Positions 27,944-36,950 of a stretch of DNA of 64,000 nt are shown here, piece after piece; within the stretch, counting starts at the first letter, position 1; each line of letters begins with the position of its first letter. The notes beneath the pieces were generated by a model that worked only from the letters and a program-made list of their open reading frames with translations, was not told the DNA's origin and ran no database searches. The stretch lies in contig JAOAJY010000001.1 of the NCBI GenBank assembly GCA_026413965.1, positions 57,642 to 121,641 on the forward strand, given 5' to 3'. The position numbers and the translations under genes were made by a program. The DNA comes from Candidatus Micrarchaeota archaeon. GTDB lineage: Archaea; Micrarchaeota; Micrarchaeia; Anstonellales; Anstonellaceae.

Positions 27944-30201
27944 TGAACCGCCGCCTTTTTGCTTGTTTGCTGTGCCTGTGGCACGCACACGAATACCTGG
28001 CAGCCGTTTTTGTCAATATGAGAAAAAACAGGAACAAGCCCAGGCAGGCAGGTGGCGGTTGTTTGGCATGATGCTGGATAGACCTGCACCGTCAAAGCCG
28101 CCTGCGCGCTTGCGCCCTGCTCATCATAGACCGTCATATATACAGTGTAGGCGCCAGGCGCGCTGTATGAGTGGGTGGCTGATGCAGTCTGAACCACTGC
28201 CATAGGCTTGGGCATTCTTGGATTTTCATCTCCCCATATGAAAGAATAAGTCAGCTGCCTGCCCTCTGGGTCGTATGCTGAGATTGTCCAGGTTCCTTGC
28301 TGCCCAACAGCAAGCTGTGATGGCCCTGAGACGCTGGTGATGACTGGCGGGAGATTTTGCTGGATTTGGCGCTTGACGGTTATCACACCGCTTTCAGAAA
28401 ATGGCTCTCTGGAATGCATGTGTATGCCTACTCGGATTTTGTACTGCCCTTCTGGGAAATTTGATGGTATATTCCATGCTGCCTGCCCTGCCGAAAGCGG
28501 GTTGTTTCCGCAATCTATGTTTGTGGCTGCTCCGGTATTGACATTTATTGCCTGCACGCAGGAGAGCCTGCCATTCAAATCAGAGGAAACTGACCAGGCA
28601 ATCATGTAGGTTTGGCCTGCTACGAATTCCTCGCCTCCAATCGGAGAAGACACCTTTATGCTGTAGCTTGGAGCATTCCGGTAAACCTGAACCCTGTAGG
28701 TTGAGCTGGCAGATGCCCCTTGCTCATCCACAACTGTGAATGTTATGGTGTAAGTTCCTGCTGAATTGTAGGTGTGAGAGATGGTTGAGGACTGCTCTGC
28801 TGCAGCGCTTCTTCTTGCAAGCTCAGCAGGCTCATCTCCCCAAGTGACATAATAAGTCAGCTGCCTGCCCTCTGGGTCGTATGCTGAGATTGTCCAGGTT
28901 CCTTGCTGCCCAACAGTAAGCTGTGATGGCCCTGAGACGCTGGTGATGACTGGCGGGGGATTTGGCCTGGAAGGTTGCAGATATATTAGGGCGTCATTGT
29001 ATCCGCCATCAAATTTTATGCCGTCATCTGCTTCTATCGTGAATTTGTTTCCCTTCTGCGTTATGCTGAAATAATGCGGGTTTGTGGAAAAGGCTTTTTC
29101 GTACCATCTGCCATTCCATTGGGTTTGTATGGAAAGGACAACTTCCTCTCCCTCTTTCAGATAGCCGATAGGCGTGACTCTATTGACCCAATTATTGGCG
29201 CCTGTGAATGTCCCGAGATTTTTGAAATTCGGCTTTTCTACCGCAATGACCGAACTTCCCGAGGTGTCATACCATGCAACATTTATCTCGTATTCTCCAG
29301 ACTGCGGGATTATTATTCTCTGCTGCGGGGGCTCTGGAACAGGGGCAAGAAATACAGTGACGCTTATGCTTGCAGTCTCGCTTTCGCCTGCATCATCCAC
29401 AACTTTGACGACTATCTTATAGGTTCCTGCCGAATTGTATGTGTGGGTGAATGAAGCGGTCTGTGAGGCTGGCGTGCTGGCAGAGGATCCCTGCTTATTG
29501 AACTCGTCGCCCCAAGTGACATAATAAGTCAGCTGCCTGCCCTCTGGGTCGTATGCTGAGATTGTCCAGGTCCCTTGCTGCCCAACAGCAAGCTGTGATG
29601 GCCCTGAGATTTTGGTTATCACAGGAGGGAGATTGGGCTGAGGCGGGGATGGCGGCTCGTCCTTCCCAAATCCGAGCCTGCATGATGAGGCTGCCTTTAT
29701 CCAGTAAGCTTTGCCCGGCTCAAGCGTGCTTGAGTACCTGTATGGGCTTTGGGCAGGACCGCTTGCGTAATAATGCCAGGGGCCAGAGATTATCTTGCAG
29801 TCGCCTGCATAGTCTGTGATTTCTGCCTTGTGGGGCGGCGCCCCAACAAGATTCCATCCTGAAAAAAGCTCTTTGTTCGCAAAGATCGGCGAAGCTGAAT
29901 AAGCGTACCTGCACTCCCTTGTCCCCTTTATCCAATATCCCTCTCCTGGCTTAAGAACGGCTTCTTTGATGTATCCTGACTGCGAAAGCCTCCAAGCATA
30001 TTGGGAGGCACCGCAGATAAAAGCCAGCTCTTTGACAGGCAAATCTGCTGAAACTGAAATCATGTTCCATCCGGGATAGATTTGCACCTCATAGTTTTGC
30101 GGAGCAGGGAGGGTAAGCGCTGCAGCTGCGGGAAAAATAAGCAACATCGCAACAAGAATTGCCCCAAATCTGTTGCTTTCAAGATTCGCTTTTATTGCCA
30201 T
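27940..30201 (-). CDS. Secreted modular surface protein with three PKD domains
   Basis: Signal peptide, GWNMIS/GWNLVG domain, 3x PPVIT.(I/V)SGPSQL.VGQQGTWTISAYDPEGRQLTY...WGD...HTY..AG.Y, an Ig-like SPIGGE domain and a C-terminal Cys motif. Confidence 0.85.
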   Translation of the reverse strand: MAIKANLESNRFGAILVAMLLIFPAAAALTLPAPQNYEVQIYPGWNMISVSADLPVKELAFICGASQYAWRLSQSGYIKEAVLKPGEGYWIKGTRECRYAYSASPIFANKELFSGWNLVGAPPHKAEITDYAGDCKIISGPWHYYASGPAQSPYRYSSTLEPGKAYWIKAASSCRLGFGKDEPPSPPQPNLPPVITKISGPSQLAVGQQGTWTISAYDPEGRQLTYYVTWGDEFNKQGSSASTPASQTASFTHTYNSAGTYKIVVKVVDDAGESETASISVTVFLAPVPEPPQQRIIIPQSGEYEINVAWYDTSGSSVIAVEKPNFKNLGTFTGANNWVNRVTPIGYLKEGEEVVLSIQTQWNGRWYEKAFSTNPHYFSITQKGNKFTIEADDGIKFDGGYNDALIYLQPSRPNPPPVITSVSGPSQLTVGQQGTWTISAYDPEGRQLTYYVTWGDEPAELARRSAAAEQSSTISHTYNSAGTYTITFTVVDEQGASASSTYRVQVYRNAPSYSIKVSSPIGGEEFVAGQTYMIAWSVSSDLNGRLSCVQAINVNTGAATNIDCGNNPLSAGQAAWNIPSNFPEGQYKIRVGIHMHSREPFSESGVITVKRQIQQNLPPVITSVSGPSQLAVGQQGTWTISAYDPEGRQLTYSFIWGDENPRMPKPMAVVQTASATHSYSAPGAYTVYMTVYDEQGASAQAALTVQVYPASCQTTATCLPGLVPVFSHIDKNGCQVFVCVPQAQQTSKKAAVQ
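28245..28351. repeat. PKD-coding DNA repeat, copy 1
   Basis: 107 bp matching 28851-28957 with one mismatch seen; its first 87 bp match 29523-29609. Confidence 0.9.
28851..28957. repeat. PKD-coding DNA repeat, copy 2
   Basis: Near-identical to 28245-28351. Confidence 0.9.
29523..29609. repeat. PKD-coding DNA repeat, copy 3
   Basis: Near-identical to 28245-28331. Confidence 0.9.
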
Positions 30202-30211
30202 TCAAATCACC

Positions 30212-31396
30212 TCAATTTGGAGGCATTGGAGGCGCCTCTTCTAAATTGCCATAAAGCCTGCATGAAGAACCCACTTTTATCCAGTAAGCTTTGCCTGGCT
30301 CAAGGGTCTGAGAGTATGCATAAGGGCTTGCGCCTGCGCTGGTGTCATAATGCCAGGGGCCAGAGATTATCTTGCAGTCGCCTGAGTATTCGGATATTTT
30401 GACCGTGCTGGACGGAGCCCCAACCAAGTTCCAGCCAGGAAATAATGGTTTGAGGGAAAGAGAATAGGCAGGCGCAGAAACCTCAAACTCGCAGCTTCTT
30501 CTGCCTTTTATCCAATATCCTGCTCCTGGCTCAAGGTACTCTTCTTTTGAGTATCCAGAGGGCAGAAGCAACCATGCCTGGGCAGATGTGCCGCACTTGC
30601 CAGAAAGCTCTTTCATTGAGAGCTTGGAATTGACTGGAAGGGAAACCATGTTCCACCCGTTTTTTATGTTCAAGACGAACTTTGCCTCATCTTGCGGGGG
30701 AAGCGGAGGCTCGCTTTGCTCAGCTCTGACTTTCACTTTCGCCCTTGCCTGCCCAACAAGGTGCTCCTGCTCAGAGCAGGCTCCGGCGCTATTGCAGCTT
30801 GAAAACAGGTAGTAGACTGAGATGGTCGCGAATTTCACGCCTGGCGAGATTGCTGTGAAATAGGCAGAAATGCTTGCGCTTTCGCCGCTGGAGAGCGTCA
30901 TGTAGTCTATCCTTTCTTGGAAGCTTTGGCGCTTTCCGCTGGATGATGCATGCGCTGGAAACGCCTTGCCAACGCTGTCAACAACCCTCAAGGATTGCTG
31001 CTCCTCTTTGCCCATGCCTTCTTGGATGCTTTTGCTTGCGAAAAAAGAGGGCTTGCCTGAAGAAAGTTCTGCAGCATCAGACAACTGCGTGATGATTTTC
31101 AGCCTGTAGATGGAGTCCGTGCGCCCGTCGCTGACCAAACTGACTTTTCCGCCCACAAAAATTTGCTGATTCTGTTGCGCTTCGGATGGCTCGGCATGTA
31201 TTGAAACCGATACTGTTGGCATATTGGCTGGCCTGCAGCCATAAATTTCGCACCCAAACTCATCAAGATGGGAAAAATATGGCTCATAGCCTAAGGCGCA
31301 TTTTGCCATTGAAATGCATCGCTCATCCGATTTTGCCTGAGCCTGTGGCACAAGCAGCAGGACTGCGATAAGCGCAACCAAACCGGCACTTCTCAT
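30212..31396 (-). CDS. Secreted protein sharing the GWN domain and Cys motif with the PKD protein
   Basis: Signal peptide MRSAGLVALIAVLLLVPQAQA preceded by GGTGA; C-terminal GWNMVS...GWNLVGAP...LEPGKAYWIK. The track start at 31441 is also possible. Confidence 0.8.
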   Translation of the reverse strand: MRSAGLVALIAVLLLVPQAQAKSDERCISMAKCALGYEPYFSHLDEFGCEIYGCRPANMPTVSVSIHAEPSEAQQNQQIFVGGKVSLVSDGRTDSIYRLKIITQLSDAAELSSGKPSFFASKSIQEGMGKEEQQSLRVVDSVGKAFPAHASSSGKRQSFQERIDYMTLSSGESASISAYFTAISPGVKFATISVYYLFSSCNSAGACSEQEHLVGQARAKVKVRAEQSEPPLPPQDEAKFVLNIKNGWNMVSLPVNSKLSMKELSGKCGTSAQAWLLLPSGYSKEEYLEPGAGYWIKGRRSCEFEVSAPAYSLSLKPLFPGWNLVGAPSSTVKISEYSGDCKIISGPWHYDTSAGASPYAYSQTLEPGKAYWIKVGSSCRLYGNLEEAPPMPPN

Positions 31397-31523
31397 CAAC
31401 AGATGAATCACCAGCCAAGCTTTTGCTCTGGGTTTCTCCATCGGCTCTTATTTAAAAAGAAAACTCGGTCCGGCTGCGGAACCCATATATAAGCTTTTCG
31501 CGGTCCGACGCGTTGCGCAAAAT

Positions 31524-32615
31524 TCACCTGAAAATTTGCCCGTTTATTTCCGCAAGAAGATTCCTCCCGAATGGATGCAGCTTGACTATGTTTTTCCGCT
31601 CAAGCGAGCGCAGGTTGCGAAGCAGGCTTGTTTTTGGAATCAGCAGCTTGTGCTGAATTTGCGAGCGCTTCGCCCTCCCGCCTGACCGCATAAGGAACAG
31701 CACTATCTCCCTCTCCCGCTCGGAAAGCGTGGATAGGACCGCAGTTGCCTTTGGGCTGGATGCATCATAAATGCCTGCATCAGTAAGCTGCTTGGGCGCG
31801 CGATTGCCAGGCTTTTTGGCTGCTTTGCCCTTGGCTGGAGCTTTGTTTTCTTTTTTCTCTTGCTGTTTGGAGGCTTTCATTGAGCCCATGCCCCTAAGGA
31901 AAAGCCACAAGCCAAAAGCAGCAGCCAGGCCCACTATAGCCATAAGCAAAAGGTCATCTTCTGAGGACTTGTTTCCCATCTCAATTGAAACCATGGTGGT
32001 TTCTCCTGCAACTATGCTAGCCTCCTGCGAGCCTGCCTTCCCCTTGTGGTAGGCAGAAACCAGGCAAGAGCCTGCCGGCAGGGCTTTGAACAGGAACTCG
32101 CCTGCCTCTCCTGCCAAAACTTTGCTCCCTCCATTTATCCTTGAATAGTTGAAGGCAGAGGAAGGGCAGGAGACCGAGATTGTGGCTTGCGGGACAGGAG
32201 AATCTTTGCTGGCTGCCCTGCCTGCCAGGCTTCCTGCTGGATAAAAAATCACTGTTAGGTTGCTTTTGCCTGGGGCTGCGAAATCCTCGGTTGCCGCAAA
32301 ATCTATGCCGCTTGTGGATGGAAAATCAATCAAGGCATCCAGCTGGTGGCTCCCCCTATCAACAAACAAGACAAAGCCGCCAGAGTAATCAGTGATTGCG
32401 CGGTAGATGGTGTCGGACTTTTCAGAGCGCAGGAGAAGCACCACTGGAACCTGCGAAGCTGGTGTTCCGTTTGAGAATACTGCATAAACCCAGACCGTAT
32501 TTGGGAGGCTGGGGACAGAAGGAGGGCCTTGCTGGGCTTCTTGATGGAAAGGGTCGTCTTGGGCAAAAAGGATAGAAAAGGCGAAAAAAGCTAGCAATAC
32601 AGGCCTCATGAGCAT
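31524..32615 (-). CDS. Membrane-anchored transcriptional regulator-like protein (signal peptide, extracellular carboxypeptidase-regulatory-like beta domains, TM helix, C-terminal winged HTH)
   Basis: TM segment LLLMAIVGLAAAFGLWLFL; C-terminus TLSEREREIVLFL...RSQIQHKLLIPKTSLLRNLRSLERKNIVKL. Confidence 0.8.
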   Translation of the reverse strand: MLMRPVLLAFFAFSILFAQDDPFHQEAQQGPPSVPSLPNTVWVYAVFSNGTPASQVPVVLLLRSEKSDTIYRAITDYSGGFVLFVDRGSHQLDALIDFPSTSGIDFAATEDFAAPGKSNLTVIFYPAGSLAGRAASKDSPVPQATISVSCPSSAFNYSRINGGSKVLAGEAGEFLFKALPAGSCLVSAYHKGKAGSQEASIVAGETTMVSIEMGNKSSEDDLLLMAIVGLAAAFGLWLFLRGMGSMKASKQQEKKENKAPAKGKAAKKPGNRAPKQLTDAGIYDASSPKATAVLSTLSEREREIVLFLMRSGGRAKRSQIQHKLLIPKTSLLRNLRSLERKNIVKLHPFGRNLLAEINGQIFR

Positions 32616-32649
32616 GCATAGTTTATGCTGCTTGTGTTTTAAAATCGCT

Positions 32650-32952
32650 CTATTTCGCCTCTTCTTTCACCAGATACTTGACTGCCAAAAATATGACAAA
32701 TGCGATTATCAGGAAATCCACCAGCGCCCCAAGGAAACTGCCAACCATGAGCTTCGCAGGGCCTGCTTCAAGGACAAACGCTCTCCAGTCCCCTCCAGTG
32801 GCGGAAAGCAGAACTCCTATGACAGGCATTATTATGTCGCTCACAAGCGCGCTGACCAGCTTGGATGCGGCTGTGCCTATTATGAACGCCACCGCAAGCC
32901 CGACAACCTTGTGCTTGTTCAAAAAAGCCAAAAACTCTTCCGCAAAACCCAA
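32650..32952 (-). CDS. mscL: MscL family mechanosensitive channel
   Basis: EEFLAFL...VVGLAVAFIIG...LVSALVSDIIMP...GSFLGALVDFLIIAFVIF; TTG start chosen. Confidence 0.9.
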   Translation of the reverse strand: MGFAEEFLAFLNKHKVVGLAVAFIIGTAASKLVSALVSDIIMPVIGVLLSATGGDWRAFVLEAGPAKLMVGSFLGALVDFLIIAFVIFLAVKYLVKEEAK

Positions 32953-32992
32953 AGAACCACCCTTACTGATCGGTAGCCGAAAGGATAAAATC

Positions 32993-34279
32993 CTACCTCC
33001 CTCTGCCGAAATAGTGGTGCCCGCGCGAAGGAACTTCCTTTTGGGAATGCTGCCTTGCATGCATCTGCTTTTGCGGCGCTTTGTGGCGCGCGCTTTTCCT
33101 GAAATCAGCCCCAGCCTTTGCCGATGCAGAAAAGCTTTTCCTTCTTGGAATAAGCTCCTGCTTTATTTCCACCCTCAAAGGCTCTATTTTGCAGCCAGCC
33201 AAATTCTCCACCATTTTGACCAGATGAGTTTGGTCAAAGAAAACCAGGCTTATCGCCTCTCCGTTTTTCCCCATCCTTCCGGTCCTGCCAATCCGATGAA
33301 GATAGACATAAGGGTCGTCGGTCATGTCATAATTGAAAACGTGAGTCACCCCCGTTATGTCCAGCCCCCTGCTTGCAAGGTCGGTCGCCACCAGGATATT
33401 CACGTGGCTTTTGCGGAAAGCCTCCATGGACCGGTCGCGCTTGTTTTGGCTCATGTCTCCATGAAGCGCCATGGAGCTGAAACCCCTGTCCTGCAGTATT
33501 TGGTTGAGCCGCTCTGCTCCTCTTTTTGTCCGCACGAAAACAAGCGCCAATTTCGGCTTTTTTTGGGAAAGCAGCACAAGAAATGCGTTTAGCTTGTCGA
33601 ATTTGGAGACCTCAACGTAGTGCTGCTTTATGGACTTGACTGAAAGAGAGTCCTCGCTGACCAAAACCTCCTGCGGGGAATTCATGTATTTTTTTCCAAG
33701 AGCAAGGATTTCTGCTGGCATGGTTGCCGAAAAAAGAAGAGTCTGCCGGCTTTTGGGGGTCTTTTGCAGAATTTTCTCTATGTCGTCTATGAACCCCATG
33801 TCCAGCATCCTGTCTGCCTCATCCAAGACAACTATCCTGATTTCCGAAAGGGAAAGCGTCCCCCTCTCCATATGGTCCAATATCCTTCCTGGCGTCCCCA
33901 CCACTATGTCCACGCCTTCATCAAGAAGCCTTATCTGCTTGTCTATCTCCTGCCCGCCATAAATTGCGGCTGTGCGGAAAGGAAGATGCGCCCCTATCTT
34001 CGAAATCTCATCGCTGATTTGGACCGCAAGCTCGCGGGTTGGCGCCAGGACAAGCGCGCGGGTTTTGCGCCCTCCGCTGCCTTCAGCAGCAAGCTTCTCC
34101 AAGATGGCAATCCCGAAAGTTGCGGTCTTCCCTGTCCCTGTCTGCGCCTGCCCTATCAAATCCTCCCCTTGCAAAAGCAAAGGCAGGGCTTTCTCCTGGA
34201 TGGGCGTTGGCTGGGAAAAGCCCATTTCCCCTATAGCCTTGATTATCTGTGGGCAGAGCCCAAAACGGCTGAAACTCAT
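32993..34279 (-). CDS. DEAD-box RNA helicase
   Basis: Q motif PTPIQ, AQTGTGKT, PTRELA, LDEADRMLDMGF, SAT and HRIGRTGR. Confidence 0.96.
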   Translation of the reverse strand: MSFSRFGLCPQIIKAIGEMGFSQPTPIQEKALPLLLQGEDLIGQAQTGTGKTATFGIAILEKLAAEGSGGRKTRALVLAPTRELAVQISDEISKIGAHLPFRTAAIYGGQEIDKQIRLLDEGVDIVVGTPGRILDHMERGTLSLSEIRIVVLDEADRMLDMGFIDDIEKILQKTPKSRQTLLFSATMPAEILALGKKYMNSPQEVLVSEDSLSVKSIKQHYVEVSKFDKLNAFLVLLSQKKPKLALVFVRTKRGAERLNQILQDRGFSSMALHGDMSQNKRDRSMEAFRKSHVNILVATDLASRGLDITGVTHVFNYDMTDDPYVYLHRIGRTGRMGKNGEAISLVFFDQTHLVKMVENLAGCKIEPLRVEIKQELIPRRKSFSASAKAGADFRKSARHKAPQKQMHARQHSQKEVPSRGHHYFGRGR

Positions 34280-34295
34280 TCTTCCACTCCTTTTC

Positions 34296-34364
34296 CACTT
34301 TGGCTGTGCCAGAACGCAGCCCAAAGTTCCCCAGGGCTGCCCTCACAAAAATAGCCAAGCAGTG
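34296..34364 (-). promoter_or_regulatory. Putative structured 5' leader of the DEAD-box helicase
   Basis: Nested inverted repeats 34296-34305/34353-34364 and GCAGCCC 34316-34322/GGGCTGC 34334-34340, between a TATA-like box (~34381-34391) and the GGAG/ATG. Confidence 0.45.
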
Positions 34365-34441
34365 CGAAAAAATAATAGAGCAATATAATAAGGCTTTGCA
34401 AAAACAGGTATAAAAACTTGATTGCAGTAGTGCATTCCCGT

Positions 34442-36049
34442 ATGCGCCTCAAAGCAAGAAAATACATTGTGGTTTTAGGCTCGCTCATGTCTGGCTTGGG
34501 CAAAGGCATCCTGGCTGCCTCTGTCGCGAAGCTTCTCCAGTCAAGAGGGCTGAAAATCTCGCCTATAAAATTTGACGGCTATTTGAATGTGGATTGCGGA
34601 ACCATGAATCCTTTCAGGCATGGCGAGGTTTTTGTGCTTGATGACGGAACAGAGTGCGACATGGATTTCGGGACTTACGAGAGATTTTTGAATGTGGACC
34701 TTTCCTCAAAAAACAGCATAACCGGAGGGAAGCTTTTCCGCAACATAATAGACAAGGAGAGGAAAGGCGGGTTTCTTGGAAGAGACGTCCAGATTGTCCC
34801 GCACTTGACTGATGAGATAAAGAACTGGATACGCAAGACTGGCGAGGAGCAGGATGCTGATGTTGTTATTGTGGAGGTCGGCGGGACCGTCGGCGACCTT
34901 GAGAATGGCTATTTCCTTGAGGCAGTCAGGCAGCTTGCCTCGGAGGAGAAGGTGGTCTTCATACAGCTGACTTTTGTCCCGTCGCTTTCAGAAGGCGAGC
35001 TTAAAACCAAGCCCACCCAGCACGCCAATCGCCTCATACAATCCATGGGGATACACCCTGATTTCATAGTTTGCCGCGGCAATGAGCCTCTCAGCAGGGA
35101 AGCGCGGGACAAGATTTCAATGTTCTGCAACGTGCCTCCGCAGAATGTCCTTGACGACCCTGCGCTTGAGTCCATATATGAGCTTCCGCAGGTTCTTGAG
35201 AAGCAGGGGATGACTGGGCTTCTTCTTTCTGCCCTTGGGGCAGAGGCAGGAGAGGAGGATTTGAAGGATTGGAAAGCCCTTGTGGAGAGGATAAAGAACC
35301 CGAAAAAAGAGATTGCGGTTGCGATAACCGGCAAATACACCGCTGTCAAGGACGCCTATGTCAGCGTGAAGGAGGCTTTGGTGCATGCTGGCGCGCAGCA
35401 TTCGGCAAAGGTCAATGTGCGGTGGGTTGAGACCTCTGGAATTGAGGACGGGCAGGCAAGCGCAAAGGAGCTTCTTTCAGGCTGCGACGGGATAATTGTC
35501 CCAGGAGGATTTGGAAGCCGAGGAACTGAGGGCAAGATTGCCTGCATAAAATACGCCCGAGAAAGCAAGATGCCCTATCTTGGGCTTTGCTACGGAATGC
35601 AGATGGCGGTGGTGGAGTGGGCAAGAAACGTGTGCGGAATGGATGGAGCCAACTCCACTGAGATAAACCCTGACACCAAATACCCTGTGATTGATTTTCT
35701 GCCCGAGCAAAGAGGCATAAAGGAGAAGGGAGCCACCATGAGGCTTGGGGCATGGGAGTGCAGGCTGAAAAAAGGGACTAAAGCCTACGAAGCTTATGGG
35801 ACTGAAAAGATTTCGGAGAGGCACCGCCACCGATACGAGCTCAACAACGCTTACAGGCAGAAGCTTGAGGAAAGCGGGCTGGTTATATCCGGAACCTCTC
35901 CTGATGGGGAGATTGTTGAGATAATTGAATGGCCAGACGGCTTTGGCATAGGGACGCAAGCCCATCCTGAGCTCAAAAGCAGGCTGGAGAGGCCGGCGCC
36001 TCTTTTTGCGGCATTTGTGAAAGCCTGCCTTGAGAAGAAAAAGGGCTAG
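34442..36049 (+). CDS. pyrG: CTP synthase
   Basis: MSGLGKG, GTMNPFRHGEVFV, KTKPTQH, LGLCYGMQ, ERHRHRYE and QAHPE. Confidence 0.97.
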   Translation: MRLKARKYIVVLGSLMSGLGKGILAASVAKLLQSRGLKISPIKFDGYLNVDCGTMNPFRHGEVFVLDDGTECDMDFGTYERFLNVDLSSKNSITGGKLFRNIIDKERKGGFLGRDVQIVPHLTDEIKNWIRKTGEEQDADVVIVEVGGTVGDLENGYFLEAVRQLASEEKVVFIQLTFVPSLSEGELKTKPTQHANRLIQSMGIHPDFIVCRGNEPLSREARDKISMFCNVPPQNVLDDPALESIYELPQVLEKQGMTGLLLSALGAEAGEEDLKDWKALVERIKNPKKEIAVAITGKYTAVKDAYVSVKEALVHAGAQHSAKVNVRWVETSGIEDGQASAKELLSGCDGIIVPGGFGSRGTEGKIACIKYARESKMPYLGLCYGMQMAVVEWARNVCGMDGANSTEINPDTKYPVIDFLPEQRGIKEKGATMRLGAWECRLKKGTKAYEAYGTEKISERHRHRYELNNAYRQKLEESGLVISGTSPDGEIVEIIEWPDGFGIGTQAHPELKSRLERPAPLFAAFVKACLEKKKG

Positions 36050-36900
36050 CTGGACTTCAGCTCAAACGGAGCCGACACCAGCCTTGCAGATATGTTGCCT
36101 GCTGAAAGATAAAGCAAAACCCTCTTTTGCTTGTCAACAAATATTTTGGCATAGCTTCCTTCGGACTGGTGCTCCACCTCAAACGCCTCCCGCCCATAAA
36201 GGAGGCTGCTGCCTTTTGAAGCAAAGCTTTGCCTGAAGCTGTACTCCGCCGGATTTTTCATCCTTGTCTCAACCGACCAGCTGAAGCCTTCAGAGGCTGC
36301 AAGCATCCATGGGGAGAAAAGCAGCATCCCTGCCCCTGCGCTAAGGTTTGAGAAATTGGAGGCTGCAGACGTGCCATCCCAAAGAAGGCAGGCTTCCTGC
36401 AAAAGGTTTTGCCCCATCCACTCTGAAACTGCCGCTCCATCGCAATCGGCAGAGCGGCTGATTTTGTAGGAGATGGAGGCTGGCTCCTGCCCGAAAGACA
36501 CAAGGTACTCGTATCTTTCCCCTGGAAAAAGAGAAAGCTGGGCGTTTTTTTGGAGAGGCTCCTCTGCGACCTCAACCTCAATTGAGCTGTAGATTGGCGG
36601 GGAGAAGAAAAAAACCCATGCCATGAACGCTAAGTACGCAGCCAAGACAGCATAGGCGATAGCAGAGGTTTGCCTGTCAAGGAAGGGCAGGAGGGGAAGA
36701 TTGCCGTAGGCTATCCGCAAGGTTTTGGCGGCAGCCTGCGCAAAACTCTCCTTTGCATGCTCTTTTTCTTTTTTGCGCCAATCCTTTTTCTCCTCCTTAG
36801 CAAGCGCCTGCCATTCTGGCTTGCTTGCCTCCTTCCACATAAGATAAACAAGGAACGCAAGCAAAGCGCAGGCTGCGGCAGAAAGAAGCACAATGTCCAT
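36046..36900 (-). CDS. Hypothetical membrane protein with a beta-rich C-terminal domain
   Basis: Two hydrophobic segments followed by a beta-strand-rich region; no family recognised. Confidence 0.6.
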   Translation of the reverse strand: MDIVLLSAAACALLAFLVYLMWKEASKPEWQALAKEEKKDWRKKEKEHAKESFAQAAAKTLRIAYGNLPLLPFLDRQTSAIAYAVLAAYLAFMAWVFFFSPPIYSSIEVEVAEEPLQKNAQLSLFPGERYEYLVSFGQEPASISYKISRSADCDGAAVSEWMGQNLLQEACLLWDGTSAASNFSNLSAGAGMLLFSPWMLAASEGFSWSVETRMKNPAEYSFRQSFASKGSSLLYGREAFEVEHQSEGSYAKIFVDKQKRVLLYLSAGNISARLVSAPFELKSS

Positions 36901-36950
36901 GAGGGGAATGCTACTTGAAATATTAAATATGATTCGCCCCAAGCTTATGC

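Noticed and set aside
27940..30400. Repeats as a possible diversity-generating retroelement TR/VR pair or a CRISPR array
   Set aside because: The differences are not adenine-specific, there is no reverse transcriptase or cas gene, and the repeats are in-frame protein domains with long irregular spacing.
27606..32615. Integrated element at tRNA-Glu
   Set aside because: No integrase and no duplicated tRNA 3' end (att site) were seen, and composition is mostly like the background.
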